Part shown: in pieces, positions 1-7,263 of the stretch
Numbering within the stretch: the first letter of the stretch is position 1
How the letters are laid out: each line of letters opens with the position of its first letter
Virus record (IMG/VR): IMGVR_UViG_3300027985_000918
Span: 7,482-71,481 of that record
From: a virus
Reading direction: 5' to 3' (one strand)
Length of the DNA stretch: 64,000 nt
Notes under the pieces: model-generated
Told to the model about the DNA's origin: nothing
Databases searched by the model: none
The model's input: only the letters and a program-made list of their open reading frames with translations
Translations under genes and position numbers: made by a program

Positions 1-103
1 CCCTTCGCCAGGCCTACCATCGCCTCCACGGATTTTCCGCCCGACTTCGCAGCCGCAGCTTTGATAGCCCTCTTGAACATCTCTTTCTGGTTCATTGGAG
101 TCC

Positions 104-733
104 TCATGACAGGTATGCCACGACCTCGAATTTGGCTTTGGCTCGATCACCGCTGGTCGCCGTGTCCCCGAAGGGGTGATAGGAGACCACCAGGAGGCTG
201 TTGTTGATTGGCTCCGGATTGAAAGGGTTGTCCGGATTGGTGAAGGCTAGGTCCACCTTAACCGTGCCCTCCCAGGAACCCTCGAACTGGAACACGTTGA
301 TGACGGTATCAATCTGGATGCCGTACTGTCCCAGAATCTCGATGGCCGCATAGTAGCCGTCCTGGGCCTTGCGGTTAGGGAACGTCCCGTTCGTCCGCTT
401 GTCTTTCCCCAGCTCACTGTTGATCTTACGCCGAAGGCTGGAGTCGAGACGGGCCCCTGAAGCTTTTTTACCTTTCGGGGGAGGGACATCCTTGGAGCGG
501 AGGGTGAGAGCGAGATTGAGCTGCTTGGTCAGCTTTTTCTCCGCCTCCGTCTTGTCCCCTTCCTTCTTCTTCAGCTTCTCCAGCTCGGACTTAATTTTGG
601 ATGTGGGGATCGTCTCGCCTTCGGGGATGCCGAAATGCTTGTGCAGGGCACCCTTGTCCTTGATGGCCTTATCAATCCACTTTTCAGCGGCCCTCTTCCA
701 AGTAGCCCTCATCTGATCAACGGTGGCGGGCAT
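104..733 (-). CDS. hypothetical phage protein, possibly virion-internal
   Basis: 209-aa Lys-rich ORF; N-terminal MRATWKRAA shared with the neighbouring gene. Confidence 0.7.
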   Translation of the reverse strand: MPATVDQMRATWKRAAEKWIDKAIKDKGALHKHFGIPEGETIPTSKIKSELEKLKKKEGDKTEAEKKLTKQLNLALTLRSKDVPPPKGKKASGARLDSSLRRKINSELGKDKRTNGTFPNRKAQDGYYAAIEILGQYGIQIDTVINVFQFEGSWEGTVKVDLAFTNPDNPFNPEPINNSLLVVSYHPFGDTATSGDRAKAKFEVVAYLS

Positions 734-747
734 AGCGTTCCTCTTGC

Positions 748-1173
748 TTAGTCGACCCAGACGGAGTCCGGGTAGACTCCCGGCTTCCCCTGGAGTTTTT
801 TCTGAGCCTTGACCATCAAGGCCACGACCTGGGAGGTGGAGTTGGGGTTCTTGAGCTTGACTTCCTCGAAGTCCCCCCCGAACCCGTTGCCTTCGAGGAT
901 GGCCCGGAAGTCACCATTAGGGAGCCACAGGATCTTGAACCCACTGACTCCGGAGGGATCCGTCCCCATGCTAGCATCGAGCTGGATGAACCCCTCGGGC
1001 ATCCCGTACTCACCTTGCCGGACTTCCATCGAGCGGGGACGACCCCAACCGATCTGGCGGGAGAACTCGGCGGCAATCTTCCGCAGGAAGGCTTCTTTGT
1101 CTCCCCGGGCTGCTTTCCAGGTTGCCCTCATGCCTGCCACCACAGTACGTTTGCTCACGGTTGGCTCCTTCAC
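748..1173 (-). CDS. hypothetical phage protein
   Basis: 141-aa ORF, co-oriented with 104..733, contains MRATWKAA. Confidence 0.7.
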   Translation of the reverse strand: MKEPTVSKRTVVAGMRATWKAARGDKEAFLRKIAAEFSRQIGWGRPRSMEVRQGEYGMPEGFIQLDASMGTDPSGVSGFKILWLPNGDFRAILEGNGFGGDFEEVKLKNPNSTSQVVALMVKAQKKLQGKPGVYPDSVWVD

Positions 1174-1315
1174 AGCCCCTCATCTAAGTTTGTGGAGGTC
1201 TGATCACTCACCCATGCCAAGGGATAGACGAAATATCAGGAAGACCAGGTAACAAGGCAGGGGGTTCTGGGTAGGCATATTCGAGGGGGGAAGTAACCCC
1301 CAGTGAAAAAAGATC

Positions 1316-1344
1316 TTGACTCCTCCCATAAGAGGACTTACGGT
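1316..1344 (+). promoter_or_regulatory. sigma70-like promoter upstream of tRNA cluster 1
   Basis: TTGACT-N17-TACGGT. Confidence 0.45.
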
Positions 1345-1394
1345 AGAAGAGTTGGTTTCCGAGAACGTGGATTCCAAGGATCACAAGGTTCAAA

Positions 1395-1496
1395 ATGAAC
1401 AACTTCGTCACCACATTTAGCACTTTGCGGCGGAGCAAGCAGCTTACGAGCCACTTGTACTATCTGTCCGAGTGCGCCGGAGGCGGCGAGGGGTAG
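1395..1496 (+). CDS. putative attenuator leader peptide (33 aa)
   Basis: ATG after AAGG; MNNFVTTFSTLRRSKQLTSHLYYLSECAGGGEG*; its 3' end is complementary to the downstream terminator stem. Confidence 0.45.
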   Translation: MNNFVTTFSTLRRSKQLTSHLYYLSECAGGGEG

Positions 1497-1526
1497 TTCA
1501 CCTGAACTTAAGTCCAAAAGGACCCC

Positions 1527-1570
1527 CGAAACCTCCTCCGGCTCCGAGCCTGAGGGGGTTTCGTCGTTTT
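1527..1570 (+). terminator. terminator/attenuator hairpin
   Basis: CGAAACCTCCTCCGGC-TCCGA-GCCTGAGGGGGTTTCG followed by TCGTTTT. Confidence 0.55.
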
Positions 1571-1646
1571 AGGGGTTCTTTTCTTTGAAAGCCGAATAGC
1601 AGATTCTTGGGTAGCTGGCGTGACGCATGTCACGCCGAACACTTTT

Positions 1647-1733
1647 GCGGCTGTGGGGAAATTGGGAGACCCGCCAGGTTGAGGGCCTGGTCCCCTTCGG
1701 GGGGTGTCGGTTCGAGCCCGATCAGCCGCACCA
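1647..1733 (+). tRNA. tRNA-Leu(GAG)
   Basis: GCGGCTG/CAGCCGC acceptor, loop TTGAGGG, long variable arm, CCA encoded. Confidence 0.9.
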
Positions 1734-1734
1734 C

Positions 1735-1825
1735 GGAAGGGCAAGCCGATAGCTGGCGACGGCACTCCCCTGGAACGGGAGCGAGCTTCAAAAGGGCCTT
1801 CGGGGTTCGACCCCCCGTCCTTCCG
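1735..1825 (+). tRNA. tRNA-Ser(GGA)
   Basis: GGAAGGG/TCCTTCC acceptor, loop CTGGAAC, long variable arm, G73. Confidence 0.85.
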
Positions 1826-1899
1826 CAACTTCGGAACCGGGTAACAAGGCAGGGGGTTCCGAGTAGGCATGTTCGAGAGGGGGAGCAATCCTCTGAAAT

Positions 1900-1989
1900 G
1901 GAGAGGCAAGCCGATAGCTGGCGACGGCACTCCACCGCTAATGGAGCGAGCTTTGACAAGCCTTCCGGGTTCGACCCCCGGTCTCTCCG
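1900..1989 (+). tRNA. tRNA-Ser(GCT)
   Basis: GGAGAGG/TCTCTCC acceptor, loop CCGCTAA (C33 instead of U33), long variable arm. Confidence 0.8.
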
Positions 1990-2145
1990 CCTCGCCCTAC
2001 GGGGCAGACGTAGGTCTAACGATGTGGGATCACTATCGGGGGCAGTTCCCGATAGGGTAGGCCCCCTGGGAGTCCCGGGGTAATGGGCTGCTTGTGTCCG
2101 AAGTTCAATCGGCACCCGAGCCTGCGGGGTTACAGCAGGTTGAAT

Positions 2146-2236
2146 GGGGCTGTGGTGGAATGTTGGTAGACACACAGGCTTCAGGTGCCTGTTCTGCGAA
2201 AGCGGAGTGAGGGTTCGAGTCCCTCCAGCCCCACCA
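2146..2236 (+). tRNA. tRNA-Leu(CAG)
   Basis: GGGGCTG/CAGCCCC acceptor, loop TTCAGGT, long variable arm, CCA. Confidence 0.9.
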
Positions 2237-2286
2237 ACCCGAGCCGACGGGGGCTCCCCAGAGTGGGAGCGGCAGTCGGCAACCAC

Positions 2287-2433
2287 GGGGGAGTGGCGTA
2301 ATTGGCAAACGCATCGGTTGGTAGAACCGACATCCAATGTCTCCCGCTTTGGCTCTCGCACCTGGTCCTAGGATTGGGTGCTGCCGCCCGAAGCACACAA
2401 GCAGAAATGCAGGTTCGAGTCCTGCCTCCCCCA
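2287..2433 (+). ncRNA. tRNA-like RNA with ~75-nt insert in variable region (variant module)
   Basis: GGGGGAG/CTCCCCC acceptor, Leu-type D arm, non-canonical anticodon loop, normal T arm; insert ends AAGCACACAAGC. Confidence 0.7.
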
Positions 2434-2544
2434 CATCTCTTTGGCCTCTCGTCGTCTGGGGAACGGCGCTTGAAGATACCTCCACGCACCTGTCTATCGG
2501 AGATACGGCAGGAGAGCCCAGAAGGGAGGAGAAGAGGCCACTTT

Positions 2545-2635
2545 GGAAGGGCCAGCCGATTGGAGACGGCAGCCGCTTGGAAAGCGGTCGAGCGTGATGA
2601 GCGCCTTCGGGGTTCGACTCCCCGTCCTTCCGCCA
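2545..2635 (+). tRNA. tRNA-Ser(GGA), second copy
   Basis: cloverleaf, loop TTGGAAA, long variable arm, GCCA end. Confidence 0.9.
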
Positions 2636-2638
2636 CAC

Positions 2639-2779
2639 GGAGAGGACGCCCAACGGTGGGCAACCAGGCTGTAAACCTGGTGCTGTAAAGCACTTCATGC
2701 TCACGCCCTCCTCCCCTTTGCCGGGGGAGACCTGCGACGAGCCTACACGCAATAGGTGGTTCGACTCCATCCCTCTCCA
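2639..2779 (+). ncRNA. tRNA-Tyr(GTA)-like RNA with conserved module in variable region
   Basis: GGAGAGG/CCTCTCC acceptor, CCAGG-CTGTAAA-CCTGG anticodon arm; insert GCTCACGC...GCGACGAGCCTACACGC before the T arm. Confidence 0.8.
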
Positions 2780-2786
2780 CTTCTCT

Positions 2787-2862
2787 AGGTGCGTAGCTCA
2801 ATTGGTAGAGCACTGGACTCCAAATCCAGCGGTTGGGGGTTCGAGTCCCTCCGCACCTGCCA
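2787..2862 (+). tRNA. tRNA-Trp(CCA)
   Basis: canonical cloverleaf, loop CTCCAAA, GCCA end. Confidence 0.95.
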
Positions 2863-2896
2863 AAGGTGGCCATCCGACCTTAAACGGGTGGAGCAT

Positions 2897-2972
2897 GGGT
2901 TGGTAGCTCAATTGGTAGAGCAAGGGACTGAAAATCCCTGTGTCGGCGGTTCGATTCCGCCCCGGCCCACCA
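2897..2972 (+). tRNA. tRNA-Phe(GAA)
   Basis: canonical cloverleaf, loop CTGAAAA, ACCA end. Confidence 0.95.
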
Positions 2973-2973
2973 T

Positions 2974-3055
2974 GGGGTAGCGGCGACGATGGCGAGTCGC
3001 AGCAGACTGTAAATCTGCCGCTTCGGCTTAGTAGGTTCGAGTCCTACCTACCCCA
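2974..3055 (+). tRNA. tRNA-Tyr(GTA)
   Basis: GGGGTAG/CTACCCC acceptor, loop CTGTAAA, variable arm. Confidence 0.9.
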
Positions 3056-3090
3056 ATCACGGTTAGAGAGTTGACTGAGTGACTGCAAGA

Positions 3091-3174
3091 GCCTGGGTGG
3101 CGAATTTGGTAGACGCACCAGACTTAGGATCTGGTGGCCTTCGGGCCGGGCGGGTTCGAGTCCCGTCCCAGGCA
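3091..3174 (+). tRNA. tRNA-Leu(TAG)
   Basis: GCCTGGG/CCCAGGC acceptor, loop CTTAGGA, long variable arm. Confidence 0.9.
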
Positions 3175-3237
3175 CCTCCGGGTGTCAAGAAGACTACGCC
3201 TTGGAGTACGGTTCAGCAACCGACGGGAGAGCAGACC

Positions 3238-3453
3238 ATGCTGGGACATATGACCGACGAGGCTTTGGCGGATGAGGAGAGGTTCCTCACCGACCGACTG
3301 GCCGCCGTCCGGGCCGAAAGGCAGCAGAGGGCCAAGGCGTTCTCGATCTCTAAGTGGGGGCAGCAGGGCTCCGACGCCTTCGAGTTGGCCTGGAGGGCCG
3401 TCTGGAACCAGCCGTCACCCATCCGGAGTCTGTTCCTGGTCGACCAACCCTGA
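3238..3453 (+). CDS. small hypothetical protein between tRNAs
   Basis: ATG after GGGAGAG, 71 aa. Confidence 0.5.
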   Translation: MLGHMTDEALADEERFLTDRLAAVRAERQQRAKAFSISKWGQQGSDAFELAWRAVWNQPSPIRSLFLVDQP

Positions 3454-3533
3454 GGCCAGTCGACTCCTTTTTGCTCCACTTAGGTGTGGGGGACTTTCCA
3501 CTCGTCCCTCCAACTACGGCTTTATGGTCTGAC

Positions 3534-3617
3534 GGGGGTGTTGTGAATTTGGTATAACAGCCCGACTCAAAATCGGGTGGTCTTGCGGCCGTGCGGGTTC
3601 GAGTCCCGCCACCCCCA
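3534..3617 (+). tRNA. tRNA-Leu(CAA)
   Basis: GGGGGTG/CACCCCC acceptor, loop CTCAAAA, long variable arm. Confidence 0.85.
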
Positions 3618-3729
3618 CTTTTCGGTGGCCTCCGGTAACATTTCTACCCGCTAGGGGTAGGCGCTACACCGGGCATATCCGCCCACCCCTTCCCTGTGGA
3701 GTCATCACGCAGGGGGATAGGTTGGAGTC

Positions 3730-4764
3730 ATGAAGAAGTTCACGCACATTGAGGCGTTCCACCAGGTCGCCAGAGCCGTAGCCAAGGTGAACGGGGATCC
3801 CCAGATTCCCGACAGGCACAAGGTCTGGGGGCCAGTCCTTTTCCGAGGGACGGTCAAGATCCACGGTACGAATGCCGGGGTTGCGCTGACCTCCGACGCC
3901 ATCGTCCCCCAGTCCAGATCCCGGGAGCTGGCACTCGGTGACGACAATCTCGGCTGGGCTCAGTTCGTGTCGGGCGAGGACCAGAAGCAGGCCATCCGGG
4001 AGATCGAAGCCGTCATCCGCAAGGAGCAGGGTATCAACCCCGAGGACAAGCTGACTCTTTTCGGGGAATGGTGTGGGCCAGGTATCCAGAAGGGATGCGG
4101 CATCCACCAAGTCCCCCAGAAGATGTGGGTCCTGTTCGCCGTTGTCCTGGGTGATGGCGACGACGCCCGGTACCTGAATGCAATTCCTGAGATTGGGGAC
4201 AAGTACGCAGCGGCGAGCATCTACTCCATCCTGGACGGAGGACCCAAATGGGAACTGACAGTGGACTTCAACGACCGGGCCTCGCTGGAGGCTGCAGCGG
4301 AGAGAGCCACTGAGCTGACGGCCGAGGTAGAGCGGCAGTGTCCATGGGCCGCCCGCTTCGGCGCCGAGGGCATTGGGGAGGGCATTGTGTGGACCCCAAT
4401 GGGCGACCACTGGGGGGACACCCGCCTATTCTTCAAGACCAAGGGAATCCTGCACAAGCAGGCTTCCCCTAGGGAGGGGAAGACCCAGATCCGGGTAGAT
4501 CCCAGCATGAGGGCTTCTGCCCAGGAGTTCGTGGACAGTATGCTCGACGAGGATCGCCTCCAACAGGGGGTGGATTTCCTCCGGGAGCAGGGGATGGCGT
4601 TGGAGCCCCGATCTATCGGGGAGTTCCTGAAGTGGATCAGCCAGGATGTGCAACGTGAGGGAGCCTCCGATCTGGAGGTCAGTGGCCTGGAGTGGAAGGT
4701 GGTCTCCAAGGCGGTCAGCAACACGGCCCGCAACTGGTTCCTGAAGTTGTTGCACGAACTGTAG
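3730..4764 (+). CDS. ATP-dependent RNA ligase, Rnl2 family
   Basis: nucleotidyltransferase motifs KIHGTN (I), FGEWCG (III), GEGIV (IV), FKTK (V). Confidence 0.85.
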   Translation: MKKFTHIEAFHQVARAVAKVNGDPQIPDRHKVWGPVLFRGTVKIHGTNAGVALTSDAIVPQSRSRELALGDDNLGWAQFVSGEDQKQAIREIEAVIRKEQGINPEDKLTLFGEWCGPGIQKGCGIHQVPQKMWVLFAVVLGDGDDARYLNAIPEIGDKYAAASIYSILDGGPKWELTVDFNDRASLEAAAERATELTAEVERQCPWAARFGAEGIGEGIVWTPMGDHWGDTRLFFKTKGILHKQASPREGKTQIRVDPSMRASAQEFVDSMLDEDRLQQGVDFLREQGMALEPRSIGEFLKWISQDVQREGASDLEVSGLEWKVVSKAVSNTARNWFLKLLHEL

Positions 4765-4924
4765 AGGAACAACTACCTGCCTCGGGTCGTGGACAGCAAC
4801 CCCTTCCTTGGACAGGTAGCCAGCAGCCAGACGATCGGCCCTGTGTCAAGTCGGTATAGCAGGGGGTCGGGAACCTCGGATCGGACCGACACCGTACCCG
4901 AGGCCACTTGGTGGGCTGGCATTT

Positions 4925-4997
4925 GCCGCCGTAGCTCAGTTGGTAGAGTGCCACATTGGTAATGTGGAGGTCCCCGGTTCAATTCCGGGCGGCGGCT
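4925..4997 (+). tRNA. tRNA-Thr(GGT)
   Basis: canonical cloverleaf, loop TTGGTAA. Confidence 0.95.
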
Positions 4998-5057
4998 CTC
5001 GGTGAAAAGCCAATAGGGTGGCTCCTGTAGGGAAACACAACCCTGCGGAGGTCCCCT

Positions 5058-5618
5058 ATGAGTCTCGACCTGTTTCAGCTAACCGATGACGTGGTTGTCC
5101 AGTTCAAGGGTGACTCTATGACTGCTCTTGCCGGCCCTACCCTCCGAGGGACCGGGTGGCGAGGTGGGCAGTGGGTTCAGTATGTGACTCCCACAGGGGT
5201 GGACGACTTCGTTGTCGAGGCCAGCGATGGGAACCTGGCAACGGGATTCCTGATTTTCCCCTCTGAGGGGTACGCAGAGCAGTCTGACTGGGGAGCTGTC
5301 GGGAACTATACGGGAGTGGTACTCCGCTCTGAGAACGGCTCCGGCAATAGCACCGTTACGTTCATGGCGGGCGGAGGACGAATGCTGTTCCGGATGTTCG
5401 AGACGGTGGCCCTCGACGCTTTCGGTAACAGGGCTGGAGGTCCGATCGCATACACCCTTAACCAGGATCTCAAAATTTCGGAGAACGGATTTCTCTGCAA
5501 CGATTCCGATGTGAACCTTGCCGTTGCGGGGGTCACATCCCCCCAGATTGTGGGGAAATGCTCGTTGGTCCCGGCCGCCCGGAATGGGTTCCGCCTAGGG
5601 CTTGACCTCAAATACTGA
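5058..5618 (+). CDS. hypothetical protein, possibly structural
   Basis: 186-aa Gly-rich ORF with GGAGG RBS. Confidence 0.7.
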   Translation: MSLDLFQLTDDVVVQFKGDSMTALAGPTLRGTGWRGGQWVQYVTPTGVDDFVVEASDGNLATGFLIFPSEGYAEQSDWGAVGNYTGVVLRSENGSGNSTVTFMAGGGRMLFRMFETVALDAFGNRAGGPIAYTLNQDLKISENGFLCNDSDVNLAVAGVTSPQIVGKCSLVPAARNGFRLGLDLKY

Positions 5619-5620
5619 AC

Positions 5621-5693
5621 GCCGACGTAGCTCAGTTGGTAGAGCACCGCCCTCGTAATGCGGTTGTCGCCGGTTCGATTCCGGCCGCCGGCT
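5621..5693 (+). tRNA. tRNA-Thr(CGT)
   Basis: cloverleaf, loop CTCGTAA, two stem mismatches. Confidence 0.85.
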
Positions 5694-5973
5694 CACTGGT
5701 CCGTATTTCGCAGTGGGTAGGAGAGCTGAAGGTTTGTTTGGGATGCTGCCTAGAAGGGCACATCCCCTCATGAGCTACAGACATACTTCCTGACATGGTA
5801 TTGTGCTACTTGGTTCAGCAAAGCCTAATTCCGAGCGGTACAGTTGGGTTGAGAGTAGACCACGGATGAGTTCATTGTCCGGTATGGTCATGTCCGGGAG
5901 AAGATGAGGAAGAGTGGATGACGGCACACGCTGAGTGCTATTCCAGCCACGGTGGATTTAACATCCGCCATAT

Positions 5974-6044
5974 GCCCCTGAAGCATTGTGGTGATGCAGC
6001 GGAGTTGTAACCCGCAGACCGGGGTTCAATTCCCCGCAGGGGCT
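5974..6044 (+). tRNA. tRNA-Thr(TGT)
   Basis: GCCCCTG/CAGGGGC acceptor, loop GTTGTAA with 31-39 mismatch. Confidence 0.7.
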
Positions 6045-6180
6045 CACATCGGGAATCGAATTCGGCAAGGCGTAGGGAGGCCACGATAACCGACAACAGG
6101 GCAGCCCCTCCTATAGGTGAAGCCCGAAGAGTTCTTGGTTCCCCTGACCCCCACACCCATCTCAATCTGTTTCCTCACCT

Positions 6181-6219
6181 GAACTCCCGTCGGCCGATGC
6201 CGGCGGGAGTTCTCTTTTT
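6181..6219 (+). terminator. intrinsic terminator
   Basis: GAACTCCCGTCGGC-CGAT-GCCGGCGGGAGTTC followed by T-run. Confidence 0.75.
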
Positions 6220-6268
6220 GTTGCAGCCGGAATTTGAAAATTCAAAATGAGGCTGCTACCTTGAGGGC

Positions 6269-6826
6269 ATGAGGACCCCGAACACCACATGTGCGACGTG
6301 CGGGAAGCCCATCTACAGGCAGCCTTCCACGTTGGCTCGAACCCGCAATGCGTACTGCTCTCGCAAATGCCAGGGGGCTCCTAAACCGGCTTCCCTGCCT
6401 CGGCAGATGACGTGCCCCACCTGTGGGGCTACCTTCGAGGTCGCCTTCGGAAAAAAGCGGAAGTTCTGCTCCCGGGCGTGCGCCAACAAGGGGCGGCGGG
6501 GTATCCAATATACAGGCTCACGCAAGGTGAACCTCAAGACCACCTTACTCCTGGAGCTTCGGCGCAGGTCGGGGTCCAAGTGCTGCATGGTGAAAGGGTG
6601 CTCGTACAATCGAACCCTGGACCTCCACCGCCTGGTCCCCGGAAAAGAGGGGGGTTTGTACGAGGTGGGGAACGCCTTCTCCCTGTGCCCCAACCACCAC
6701 GCAGAGTTCCACCGGGGGTTGATCTCGTTGTCCAAGGTGTCAGACTTCGAGCTGGAGGCCGTCGATCTGGGGTTCCCCGATCAACTCGCCAAGTTCAACA
6801 TCACTGGAAGCGATCCGGCTGGATGA
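6269..6826 (+). CDS. HNH homing endonuclease with N-terminal Zn-finger repeats
   Basis: two CxxC...CSRxC repeats, then LDLH...N..SLCPNHHAEFH; own TTGAAA-N17-TACCTT promoter. Confidence 0.8.
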   Translation: MRTPNTTCATCGKPIYRQPSTLARTRNAYCSRKCQGAPKPASLPRQMTCPTCGATFEVAFGKKRKFCSRACANKGRRGIQYTGSRKVNLKTTLLLELRRRSGSKCCMVKGCSYNRTLDLHRLVPGKEGGLYEVGNAFSLCPNHHAEFHRGLISLSKVSDFELEAVDLGFPDQLAKFNITGSDPAG

Positions 6827-6898
6827 GGGACCTGTCTTGAAAACAGGCAGCACGGTCCGGCGACGGCCGTGCTGGGGGTTCGAGTCCCCCCGCTTCCG
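6806..6898 (+). tRNA. tRNA-Ser(TGA)
   Basis: GGAAGCG/CGCTTCC acceptor, loop CTTGAAA, long variable arm; overlaps the HNH stop codon. Confidence 0.85.
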
Positions 6899-6926
6899 CT
6901 TTTCGGGGCAGTGCATGTAACCTCTC

Positions 6927-7172
6927 GTGTTGGTCACGGGAGAGATTCCCCTGGACGGTCAAGGCAATCTGGACAAAGGTCGGAAGGCCGTGTTCATCAT
7001 CCACGGGTGGGCCTGGAAACAAGAGGTCCGAGCCAATTTTCGGTCGGCCGGGATGCCCAAGCCGTGCTATTTCGTAGCACGGGAAGCCCTGCACACGGAA
7101 CTCCCCCTCAAAGATCACCCCACACACCCGTTCGATGATGCAGAAGAGCTGGACCTGGGCGGAATCCTGTAG
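6927..7172 (+). CDS. hypothetical protein
   Basis: short ORF, start uncertain. Confidence 0.45.
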   Translation: MLVTGEIPLDGQGNLDKGRKAVFIIHGWAWKQEVRANFRSAGMPKPCYFVAREALHTELPLKDHPTHPFDDAEELDLGGIL

Positions 7173-7263
7173 CCCAACCCTCTCCCCCACCCTCCGCTTC
7201 TCGGGCGGTATTGCAGCCTTCAGCGTGGAGTAGAGGTTCCGGACCCTTCACGGGAGGAGAGCC

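Noticed and set aside
1508..3453. Long ORFs on both strands across tRNA cluster 1 (likewise 39280..39975 and 41314..41851)
   Set aside because: Shadow ORFs over GC-rich tRNA genes
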